From the NCBI RefSeq assembly GCF_009914755.1, contig NC_060935.1: a stretch of DNA of 64,000 bases, one strand, 5' to 3'. The translations under genes and the position numbers were made by a program. The notes beneath the pieces were generated by a model. That model did no database searches, was not told where the DNA came from, and worked only from the letters and a program-made list of their open reading frames with translations. The first letter of the stretch is position 1. Every line of letters starts with the position of its first letter. Source of the stretch: the human T2T-CHM13v2.0 reference genome, Homo sapiens. Of this stretch, positions 39,925-52,290 are shown piece by piece.

Positions 39925-40143
39925 ATGGCTTGTACCATCCAAAAGGCAGAAGCACTTGACGGGGCTCATTTGATGCAGATCCTCTGGTATGATGAGGAAG
40001 AGTCTCTCTACCCAGCTGTATGGTTGAGAGACAACTGTCCGTGCTCTGATTGCTACCTGGATTCTGCAAAAGCACGGAAACTTCTAGTGGAAGCTCTTGA
40101 TGTGAACATTGGAATTAAAGGCTTGATATTTGACAGAAAAAAG
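39925..40143 (+). CDS. BBOX1: BBOX1 first coding exon (aa 1-73); exon starts ~39887 with 5'UTR
   Basis: Translation MACTIQKAEALDGAHLMQILWYDEEESLYPAVWLRDNCPCSDCYLDSAKARKLLVEALDVNIGIKGLIFDRKK is the recognised N-terminus of human BBOX1 with the CxCxxC Zn motif. Start context AACATGG; acceptor tcatag|cag at 39886/39889; donor AAG|GTAATT at 40143/40144; 219 nt, phase 0. Confidence 0.97.
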
Positions 40144-40628
40144 GTAATTATCTCTAAATTATGTCTCCCTTCTTTCTCAAGTTCAATAATGGGGCTAGTC
40201 AACAATAATTTAGATAACTCTTTTTTATTTGGTCACGCATATATAACCGCATATGAACCCACGTTTGTATAGTACTTGCTGCGAATTAAGTATATTCAGT
40301 AAATGGAAGCTTCAGCTATTATTATTACTATTATCATTACTACTACTATTTTTAATAAAATTTGCAGTGTTACTTGTCTTTTAGTCAAATTAGTATGTAG
40401 AGATACAAGGCTTGTTCTGGGATTCCCAAAAGCACAGCTCTCAAAACTACAAACCAGAGGCAGCCACCATTCCATGTTTCTCTCTTCCAAATTTACTAGG
40501 ATTCTTATTATGCTCTTGTCCACATCCCGACTTGAGGACTTTACTCCCAGATTTCACTGCTTGCTAGCTAGATAGAAATGTTGTTTACTCTTACATTTCT
40601 CACCTGAAAAAAATGAGAATAATAGTAG

Positions 40629-41049
<421 letters not shown>

Positions 41050-41279
41050 GCACCATTACTATTTCTAATACTCTTGGCAGGAATCTTAATTGACAACTAG
41101 CTTCAGTTATCACAGAAAGTTTGGGGATCCCAGGTTTAGAGGATGTAGGTCAAGAACTGTAGATCTATCCATGCTCTATTTCTTGAGTGCTACTTAAGGG
41201 CCTCAGACCTCAGATGTATTACTTTGGCTTCCTTGTTTTCCAAAAGCGTATGCTTAATCTCTGTCTTAAAAATTAAGCT

Positions 41280-41585
<306 letters not shown>

Positions 41586-41700
41586 TTAAGCAAAGCATAA
41601 TTGGATTCCCTGATTATCTTAAACAGCATTCAAAAACAGAGCAATAGTGGAGAACGGAAATAAAATCCACATAGGTGAAATTTGCTTTTTGTGTTATAAG

Positions 41701-41815
41701 GTGTACATCACATGGCCCGATGAGCATTACAGTGAATTCCAGGCTGATTGGCTGAAGAAAAGATGCTTTTCCAAGCAGGCCAGAGCAAAGCTCCAAAGAG
41801 AATTGTTTTTTCCAG
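41701..41815 (+). CDS. BBOX1: BBOX1 second coding exon (VYITWPDEHYSEFQADWLKKRCFSKQARAKLQRELFFP)
   Basis: Acceptor tttgctttttgtgttataag|G at 41700/41701; in frame with the previous exon; contains Zn ligand H82; donor CAG|GTAACT at 41815/41816; 115 nt, ends in phase 1. Confidence 0.96.
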
Positions 41816-42635
41816 GTAACTTTGCCAAAGTCTTCAATGTCTTTTTAAACCCTTACAGTAAAGGATTTTTATTAAGAAATTTGCTCACAGAAAATTCAAA
41901 CCTTTGTGCTTTGATTAAAATATGTGACATGTAAATTATGTGGTGTATTTAAAGTTTTACCGACAAATATCATTTGGGTAGAGATGAAAAGGAGTATAGA
42001 GTAATTCTAGACATTCTACAGAGAAAGAAACAAAATAAGTCCAGCAAACTTGTGTCTTTGTCATCTAAAGCAAAACCTGGCACAGCATACCACAGACACT
42101 CCGTAAGTGTTCACTACAAAGAAGCAGGATGAACTAGAGGCAGACTGGCCCTTTATAACAATTTTGTCTAAGGCCAGAACAACACAAATCAACAAAGCAA
42201 GAATTCCTAACCTGGTATTCATAGATGGAATTATGGGATTGATGAACCCATGAAACGGTACGAATAGCACTGCAAATGCCAGTGAGTGTGGGACAATTTG
42301 TCTGTGTGTGTGCATGTACACACACATGCACACAAAGCCACGTTTGTCTAGGAAGAATTTATATAGGTTTCAAGGGGATCCATAAACAGAACAATGTTCA
42401 GAAAAACTGCAAGGGTGGATTCAGTGGATAAAGAGGACTTTATTGCTGAGCAAAGAAGCAAAATAAATACTTAAAACAGGTGGAAATATTTTTAAATATA
42501 AATTTTAGGAGATACACAGTAATAGAACTCAAGCAGAGGAACTGGTAAGGAGTAAGGGCTGTTTACAATTCATTCTCTGCCTATTTTGAAGATTTATTAC
42601 ATGAAACTATGTGAATCAAAGATAGACTGAAAAAC

Positions 42636-44995
42636 AGTTCTTGCAAGATCTGGTCATTTAAAAGTGTGTAGCACTACCCTCTCTCTCCTGTTCCTGCTTT
42701 CCTCATGTGACCTGCCTGCTCTCCCTTCACCTTCCATCATGATTGTAAGTTCCTGAAGCCTCTCCAGAAGTTGAGCAGATGTCAGTGCCATGCTTCCTGT
42801 ATAGCCTGCAAAACCATGAGCCAATTTAACTTCTTTTCTTTATAAATTACCCAGTCTCAGGTATTTCCTTATAATGATGCAAGAACAAACTAATACAGAA
42901 AATTGGTCCTGAGAAGTGAGGCATTGCTATAAAGATACCTAAAATTTAGAAGCAGCTTTGGAACTGGGTAACAGGCAAATGTTGGAAGAGTTTGGAGAGC
43001 TCAGAAGAAGACAGGGTAAGTTTGGAACTTTGTAGAGACTGGTTAGATGGTTGTGACCAAAATGCTGATGGTGATATGGACAGTGAATGCCTGGCTGATG
43101 AGTTATCAGATGGAAATGAGGATCTTATTGGGAAGTGAAGCAAAGGTCACATATGCTATGCCTTAGCAAAAGAGCTTGGCTGGATTGTATCCATGCCCTA
43201 GGGATATGTGGAAGTTTGAAATTGAGAGTGATGACCTACGGTATCTAGTGAAATAAATTTCTAAGCAGCAAAGTAAGTGTTTAAGAAGTAACATGACTGC
43301 TTCTAACAGCCTATGATCAGATACAAGAGCAAACAAATAAGTTGGAACTTTAAAAGGAAAGCAGAGTGTAAAAGTTTGAAAATTTTGTAACCTATTCATG
43401 TCTAGGCAGAGAAAGAAAAAGCTTTTTTGGGAGAGGAAGTCAAGCAGACTGTGGATCAACCACTTATTAGAGATATTTGTATATAAGAAGAAGCCAGTGC
43501 TAATAGCCAAGACAACAAGAAAAAGCCTTCGAAGGCATTTCATAGACCTGCACAGCAGCCTCTCCCATCACAGACCCAGAGGCCTAGGAAGGAAGAATGC
43601 TTTCCTGGGCCAAGGGCTCCACTGCCCTGTGTGTAGCCTCGGGAGGCAGCTCCCACATCCCAGCTGCTCCCACTCCAGCCTCGGCTCCAAGGGGCCCAGG
43701 TACAGGTTGGGCCATAGTTCCAGAGGGCATAAGCTACTGTAAGACTTGGTGGCTTCCATGTGGCTTTAAGCCTGTGGCCGCACACAGTGCAAGAATGAAT
43801 GAGGCTTGATGTTCGCTGTCTAGATTTCAGAGGATGTATTATGTTGGTGCAAAAGTAATTGCGGTTTTTGCCATTAAAAGTAATAGTAAATATAAGAAAG
43901 CCTGGGTGCCCAAGCAGAAGCCTGCTGCAGGGGCAGAGCCCTCACAAAGAACCCTAGGGAAATGCAGAGGAAAATGAGTTGGAGGCCCCACTTAGAGTCC
44001 TCACTGGGGCACTACCTAATGGAGCTGTGGGAAGAAAGCCACTGTCCTGCAGACTCCATAATGGTAGATCCACTGCCAGCATGCATACTCAGCATGGAAA
44101 AGCCACAGGCACTCAACGACCTGTGACAGCAGCCTCTGGAGCCGAACTTTGCAAAGCCATAGGGGCAGAGCTGCCCAAGGCATTGGGAACCCATCCCTTG
44201 TACCATTGTGTCCTGGAGGCAAGACATGGAGTCAAAGGAGATAATTTTGGAGCCTTAAGATTTAGTGACTGCCCTGCTGGGTTTTGGACTTGCATGGGCC
44301 CTGTACTCCCCTTTCTTTTGGTTGATTTCTCCCTTTTGTAATGAGAATGATTACCCAATGCTTATAACCCCATTATATCTTGGAAGTACATAAATTGTCT
44401 TTAATTTCACAGGCTTATGGGTGGCAGAGACTTACCCTGTCTTAGATGAAACTTTAAACTTCAGACTTTTGAGTTAATGCTAGAATGAGTTAAGACTTTC
44501 AGGGACTACTGGGAAGGCATGACTGTATTTTGCAATGTGAGAAGTACATGAGATTTGGGGGGCGAGGAGCAAAATGATATGGTTTGCATGTTCCACCCAA
44601 ATCTCATGTTGAACTGTAATCTCCAATGTTGGAGGTGGGGCCTCGTGGGAGGTGACTGGATCACAAGGGATGATTTCTCATGAATTGTTTAGCACCATCC
44701 TGTTGGTACTATCCTCACAATAGCAAATGAGTTCTTTGAAGATCTGGTTGTTTTAAGGTGTGTAGCAACACCTCCCTTATCTGTTTCTCCTGCTTTTGCT
44801 ATGTGATCTGCCTGCTCCCCCTTTCAGCTTCCATCATGATTTTAAGTCTCCTGAAGCCTCCCCAAAAGCCAAGCAGATGTCAGCACCATGCTTCCTATAA
44901 AGCCTGTAGAACAGTGATCCAATTAAATCCCTTTTCTTTATGAATTACACAGTCTCAGGTATTTATTTATAGCAATGCAAGAACAGGCTAATATA
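42636..44995 (+). mobile_element. MSTA-like MaLR provirus: 5'-truncated LTR 42636-42897, internal 42898-44574, LTR 44575-44995
   Basis: Two homologous LTRs ending ...taataca/taatata; MST-int motifs; polypurine tract before 44575. Confidence 0.92.
43839..43890. mobile_element. Truncated MADE1 (Hsmar1-derived MITE)
   Basis: ttatgttggtgcaaaagtaattgcggtttttgccatta is the MADE1 TIR; inserted at a TA site in MST-int. Confidence 0.9.
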
Positions 44996-46339
44996 CCAGC
45001 CTTGTTGAGTTTTCTAACACCTCTCCTGGAAATTCTTAGCCACATACCAAGAGAGAGATTTTACCTTAACTCCTTTCAAATCTGAAATTCTTAAACATGT
45101 GTGGTAACTCTCCGTGGCTTTAAATGAGACTTATGACACTTTACTAGGTATGAAGATGTTACTAATCAACTTGAACCAAATAGGTTCACCATTTCTTCTG
45201 GTTATCAATAATAGAGCATGATACTGTCCCCTTTCTCTTTAAGCATAGACCAGCCATGTCAAGAATTTGGTTCCTCCATTTCTTTAGTCTCACCATTCTG
45301 ATGGCTGACAAGGTTTTGTCCTAGTGCTTTCTCTCTAAACTACCAGTTCATTTTTCCCTGTATCTAGCTGGTTAAATCCAGATGGGTATCCAGGGAAAGA
45401 TGTTTTTATTGCCTTCCTCCAATGAGTGCATTGCTAAATTCTTCAAGGAGTCTCCAATTACATAATTTAGTACCGATTGTCTGGGTCACATCGCAGTGTC
45501 ACAAATGTATTTTTTTAAATTTATTTTAGACTTCTTCTGGTACTCAAAATATTTTTCCTTAACTCTGCTCTAATTTTATAATCCTATTGGATTTTACTTT
45601 CATTTCCTTCAAGTTCTCCTTTTGATTTTTTCAGGAAATACATGCCAACTTTTTATTATTACAGCTTAAGCTTTTAAGCATTGTAAAAGGATATGGACAT
45701 CCTCCTCCATTAATATTTCTTGATGAGTGCAGTTTTATAGCTTACATTTTTCAGTACTATCGGGCAGTAGCAAAATGGAAATGATACTACACTCAATTAA
45801 GTAGTGGAAAAAACTGGTCACAATGACAGGCTGCAATCATGAATAATATAAGAACTGGCTGCTATTTAGACACTGGAAAATATTTTAATAGTTTAAAACA
45901 AGATCAGATTTTTAAAATACATTCTCAAGCTGTGCAGTTGGTGGGTAAAAAAAAGAAATTAATGAGCCATTTTTGGAATATTGGTTCTATGGCTTTTTGC
46001 CTGTAGAATTTGATACCTTATTTCATTGCCATTGCAGATTTTCAAACATTTATATTCCAGAGCATGCAAACAAACTCAGTTACATTTGTGAAAGGATTTT
46101 GTTTTTTAGTCCCAGTAGTAATGTTTTCTCTTCTGCAAGCATAACCCTTGGAGTGAGGGTTACAGAGCTTTTAAAATCTGGAATCAAGATGCAGACAATT
46201 TTTCCTTGATCTTCCCCCTGGCACTCGCTGTTGAACTCAAAAATGACAAGACAAATGATCATCATCCAAAAAACTTTTATCATGGGACACAGTCATAGCT
46301 GAAAGGAAGACACGGATAATTATCACTCCCTCATAAATT

Positions 46340-46830
46340 TCTATTCAGTTGCACATATATTGGGTATCTATTTTGTGCCAGGACCTCTGTAAGGAAATAT
46401 CAAGATTTTTTTAAAAGACATAGATTCTCTCCTTGAGGACTTATCAAGTCTGAAAGGGAACAATAGCCATGAGAAAATAAGTATAAGACATTACTTGAAG
46501 TACATTAAAACCACACATAGAAAGTTAATGATGACACAGAAGAAGGAACTTGAAGGGATGAAGGAATGATCCTCAGAAATGAGGTAATACTTGAGTTGCA
46601 CTTTGGAGAATCAATCAGTTTGTCAGGCAAAGATAGATAGAAAGTAAGGAAATTCTCAACAAAGAAAAAGGCAGGCAGAAAATCATCAAAGGGTAAAATA
46701 GTAGGATAGGTTTGGAAAACTGCAATTAGTTTAATATTGGTGAAGTTAAAATTGTTAGGCAACAGAGAAGAAGGAAGGGGCCAAACCATGAAGTGGCTTA
46801 TATGCCCTGCTTGGTCCTAAACCTGCAGGC
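46340..46830 (-). mobile_element. L2 fragment
   Basis: ctattttgtgccagg...aagacatagattctctccttgagga; purine-rich L2 body. Confidence 0.6.
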
Positions 46831-47070
46831 GATTAAGAGTTTTCCCAACAAGGGCTCAGATATGCCATCCCCTTAGCTTCTCCATACTGATGCTCTTCTT
46901 TTAAAGCCAGAGAAATGAGTTTAAGATCTTTATAAGTTTAAGAAGATGATTGCTTTCATTTTTTCATCTGTATTTTACATTTTCCGAGTTGTGTCTTTCT
47001 GATTTTAATCAAATGAACATAACTTCTCAAATGCCTACAAGTTTGTACATGTCTCCTAGGCTTTCTTTTT

Positions 47071-47364
47071 CTTTTTTTTTTGAGACGGAGTCTTCCTCTG
47101 TCACCAGGCTAGAGTGCAGTGGAGCGATCTCGGCTCACTGCAACCTCTGCCCCCGGGTTCAAGTGATTCTCCTGCCTCAGCCTCCCGAGTAGCTACAGGT
47201 GCTACAAGGACTACCGGCATCACACCCAGCTAATTTTTGTATTTTTAGTAGAGATGGGGTTTCACCATGTTGGCCAGGATGGTCTTGATCTCTTGACCTC
47301 ATGATCCGCCCACCTTGGCCTCCCAAAGTGCTGGGATTGCAGGCGTGAGCCACCGCGCCTGGCG
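47071..47364 (-). mobile_element. AluSc-like
   Basis: ctgtcaccagg and ccaggatggtcttgatctcttgacc diagnostics; TSD ggctttcttttt at 47059-47070 and 47365-47376. Confidence 0.95.
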
Positions 47365-49062
47365 GGCTTTCTTTTTTTCTTCTTGCATTCTCCCTTCCTC
47401 CACAGTGCACCTGCTTGGCTCTTGGCTTATATTTACCCCACAAAAGAGAGTGAAGTAATCAGATCTGTGTTGTAGAAGGGCCTTGATCGTGGCTCTGAGT
47501 TTGGATGGACCAGCATAGGGAGTGACTGGGGTCAGGGTAACCGTAGCATGACCTAGAAATAGTCCTGTAAAAGACAAAGAAATTTTGAGAGGCAGGGAGG
47601 ATGGAGGAGGGTGTAGAATCTGTATTCAAAAGGAACATATATGACCTGTAGGACAGCAAGTTGCCGGCCATATTCTCTAGTCTCTCTCAACTGAAATCCT
47701 AACACTTGAAGCTCAGCAGTACATGTTTCCAAACATATGGGTGAAAATGGAAGACTTTAAATCATATTAGAGACAAGGTTTTTATGTACTAATTATAATT
47801 TAGCTCTCGTGAAATTTTGGCATAATTATATGCTCATTTTTGTCACTAACTTTGAGATGCAACATTCCCAACATATAACTGGCAGGACCAAAATGGAAAA
47901 AAAAATCACTATATAGTATGATATACATATGAAGCTAAATATTTGTTCTTTTTATTAATCCTCAATATCAGAATGATAGATGCTTGATTATCTCTCTGAA
48001 TTGGTACTGAAGTATTTTTGTATTAATCTCTAACTTTAATAATATTTTTTATAGAATATTGAGATTTAAAAAGCTATAACTTGAAGAAAATATTTTATTT
48101 CCATGGAGACAGGCTGCTCAGTTTTCTCAGCAATCCAGGGATGGAGTACATTGCACAGTCAAAAAAAAAAAAAAAGAATATTTCCCCACAATTCTTTATG
48201 CCTCTCTCATGGCAGTCTTTACCATCTACTAAATCAGATTATAGCCCTTCAGTCTATAGCTATAACGCACTCCTTTGTTTCAAAAGTAGCATTCCATAAG
48301 AGGAAGTGAAAACTCACAAATAACTGTTAGGACCCTCTAAAATCTATTCGTCTTGTACATGGCAAGAAAAAGTAGAGAGTTCTTCCTTTCTTGCAGAGAA
48401 CCATATATTTACTTGAAGATGGAGACTTTATGACAGTGCAAAAACCAGATTTGGTTTGGTGCAGAGGCCATTTTTACAAAGCATTGTCATAAAGCAAAAA
48501 TCTTGTGTGTTTTTCTTAATTCAATTAATGTACAAAAGAAATATGCCTCGCCCATGTGATATTTTGCCCCCATCTCTAAGCCTTGCTACATCCATTCTTG
48601 AATTCTCAGAGGTGGGAGCCTGCAATGCAAATCAGGGATGGGGTAAGTGTATTGTTTCACTATTGTTTGGTAATTATAAAAAGAACTAGCAAGACTTGGT
48701 GGGTTGTTGTTTTTTTTCAAGCTGCGTTAGGATGTCCCAACAGTATCAGGGCTGCCAGGTCAGAATGGCTTCCAAACAGCCCTGTCAAAACAGCTGCCTT
48801 AGAGCAATTAAGCCACCACATCATCTTCCGAAATGCATTCCATTCCCAAGAGAGACTAATAAAGATTCCTTCCCTAAAGTCACCCAAACTCATAACTCAG
48901 ATACACAGGTGGGAGAATAGCTCACTGGATTTATATGTTTAAGAAGCATGTCTTTGTTCTGTTTTGCCTGTCATATGCAAAATGGACCTACTGACTTGCA
49001 GAGAAATATCTCTAGGTTTTCTGTGAAATGAATATAGCTATCTCAAATGCATGTGACTTTAT

Positions 49063-49736
49063 TATAACTGTCTGAGGGGTTCTTCCTGCCTGCTGCTCAA
49101 AGAAAGACCATGGTTTTACAGTAAAAAAGGAGTTTAATAGACATGAGGCCAGCCATGCCATGGGGGAGATGGAGTTAGTCCTCAAATCAATCTATCCAAC
49201 GCTCATAGGTTAGGAGTTTTTCAAAGGCATTCTGGGAAAGGAGTGGCAGCGACTAGGCTTGCTGCTGATTTGTTTGGGCAGAGATGAAATCATAGGGGGT
49301 CAAAGCCATCCTCCTGTGGGCTAAATCATTTCTGAGTGGGGCCACAGGGGCAGGATTGGTGGGTCTAGGTAGACCCATGGGGTCCAGTGGAGCCATAGGT
49401 GTCAGACATGAAAAAAAAAAACAACGAAAAAAACATCTCAAAGGCCCATATACAATAGTGGTGTTACCTGCAGGAATGGCTGACAATCTGTTTCTATGCC
49501 TTAGCAGAATCAGGCTCCTCTCTTTCCCCTAACCTGATGGTCTTTCATTAGTTTTGCAAAGGCCATTGAGTTCTTGGGGAAGGCCTATTCCCATTTAAAA
49601 CTATAAATTAAATATCTCTCAAAGACAGCTTAGCCTAAGCCCAGGAATGATTAAGGGAAAGGCAAGATGGAGGAGGTGGGTTAGATCAGATCTCTTTCAT
49701 TGCCATAATTTTCTCACTGGTATAATTCTTGCAAAG
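49063..49736 (-). mobile_element. ERV1 solo LTR (LTR8/LTR51-like, MER4 group)
   Basis: Minus strand reads ctttgcaagaattataccagtgagaaaattatggcaatgaaagagatctgatctaacc...; the terminal tgaaaccgc is missing. Confidence 0.8.
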
Positions 49737-51950
49737 GGACCTATTGACTTTCAGAGAAATATCTTTGGGGTTTTGATTAAGTGAATACAGCTATCTCAAA
49801 TGCATGTCAATTTATGAATGTGTACCTTGCTTCATTTTTCCTCTGTGCCATATTGATGTCTTTCAATGTGTCCTATTCTTTTCTGAATTATATGTAATCT
49901 ATTATTCTCATTTTCTGCACTGCACTTGGTAAAATCAGGCATAACATCTAAAGAGTCTAACGTACCTATGCAAGATGGGGCTGCCCTTGTTCTGACTGTA
50001 AACCTACCAGGGGAGACTCAGAACCTGGGAAGCACACTGCAGTGCCCTGTGCTTTTCTCAGGTGCCACTAATCTGCAGGTTGCTCCCGCAAAATCTGCCT
50101 AATTTTGGGCTTCATTTGTAAGCTCCAGATAAACTTATCTTCCTCTTTCCTTTTCTAAACTCCATCCATACTTCCAGCTAGAAAACACATACCACATGTT
50201 CAGATATAAATATTAAAAATAAGTCTATTTTACTAGATGTATTGATGTATTAAATAAAATTTTTTAAAAGCCTGTATACTACTACATCTATTACTTTTTA
50301 AATGCTTGAGTAAGAGGTATATTAATTATATTCTTCTTCAAAAATTATTTTCTCATTACTTAACAACTTCATAAGACAATGTTAGTGCTAGACGGGACCT
50401 TGAAAAGCTGGTATCTTAAAATATTTAAAAAGCCTTGGCAAAGTTTGAGGATATCTTTGAGAACCTAAAGCAAATATATTTCCAGAAATAATTATTACAG
50501 TCCATTCCCTTTTTATACCTTTTTAGTTTAGTTGCCACATTGAGAATTAAGGAAAATATTCTAATGTTTTTGCTCTTGGAAAAATAATTTTTTGTAGTTA
50601 TATTAAAGTAAAGTTATTACTTTTTAAACAAGGAAAACAAAATAGAATGGGCTTTCCTTAGTGAATGACGAGCTCCATTTCTACAAGCTAGGCTTTTTTG
50701 TGTTTTTGTGTGTGTGGTTTTTTGGTTTTTGTTTTGTTTTGTTTTGTTTTGTTGCAGCCCAGGAATAAGTTTTATAACATTGGCAGTTGGGCTACAAGTT
50801 TAGAACTTATACATTTAGAAAATTCCAAAGTGTTCCAATTTCCAAAAGTAAAGTTGGAATACTTTCTACACTGGCTTCAGGTTTACCAAATGTACACATA
50901 AGGGATAAATTTGTCCTGCCAATTTTGCTAGTGCCTATATATCAGCAGATTCGCCAGACAATAAAAAAGGGGACAATTGATTCAAAAACCATTACCTCTC
51001 ACTTCTGGTTCCACTTTGCTTCAAAATGGCAGAACATAGAATTACACAGCGTTTGGAGTTGCAGTTATCTTCAGCACACTTAAATTTCTTCTTTTAGATT
51101 TTAGAACCAAACTTCCAAATGTGCCCATCCATGGAATACATGGAATAGCTCTGGGCTATCCCTTCAGGGGAAAAAAAAAAAAAAAAGAAAAAAAACCATT
51201 TTAAGAATTTGTTGATGTTTACGTTCATACATACTATTGATTTGCCAATTTTAAGAATTTGTTGATGTTTACATTCATACATACTATTGATTTGCCTAAT
51301 TTCTGGCTTAGCAAATTAAATAAAAATGTTTAAGTTCTACTCTATCCAAAAATCATCTCCTTTTTCTTTCTTTTTTTCTTAAAACTTTATATTTTTCTCA
51401 ATCAGTAACTTTGTTATTAATCAATAAGAAAGTAGGGCACTGAAATTAAGAGGGTTTTTGGCCCTAGGCCTTGCTAAGTCTGTGATTTTGAGCAACTTAC
51501 TTAACCTTTCTATGCTTCAATATCCTTATCTGCACAACAGATATAATAATAGTATATACTTAACTTCTCAAGCAGTGCAATGTTGGGTGAAGGGTAGTGT
51601 TGCACCATACATATCAACTCATTATTTTTTTCAAAAGATTTCCTTGAAAGTGGTTGTAAGTAATTATAGACAGCAACTCTGAGAGTTTTCTTTTTTGTTT
51701 GTTTTAAAATAGGTTTATTTCTTTTTTTAATTTTATTTCAATAGCTTTTGGAGAGTGTTTTTTTATTACATAAATGAATAGCACAGTGGTGGAGTCTGAG
51801 GTTTTAGCGCACCCGTCACCCAAGTAGTGTACGTTGTAACGAATATGTCATTTTTTATTTCTTACCTCTTCTCACGCTCCCACTTCTGAGTCTCCAAAGT
51901 CCATTATACCACCACTCTGCTTGCTTTTGCATACCCATAGTTGAGCTCCG

Positions 51951-52290
51951 GGCCAGGCGCGGTGGCTCACGTCTGTAATCCCAGGATTTTGGGAGGCCAA
52001 GGCAGGTGGATCACCTGAGGTCAGGAGTTTGAGCCTGACCAATATGGTGAAACCCCATTTCTACTAAAAATACAGAAATTAGCCAGGCGTGGTGGCATGC
52101 GACTGTAGTCCCAGGTACTCTGGAGGCTGAGACAGGAGAATTGCTTGAACCCCGAGGCTGAGACAGGAGAATTGCTTGAACCCAGGAAGTGGAAGTTGCA
52201 CTGAGCCGAGATCGCGCCACTGCACTCCAGCCTGTACGACAGAGCGAGACTCCATCTCAAAAATAAAATAAAATAAAAATTTTTAAAAAA
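51951..52290 (+). mobile_element. AluS with an internal 31-bp duplication
   Basis: TSD catagttgagctcc at 51936-51949 and 52291-52304. Confidence 0.96.

Noticed and set aside
43163-44358. Overlapping ORFs of 60-126 aa
   Set aside because: Chance ORFs in decayed MST internal sequence.
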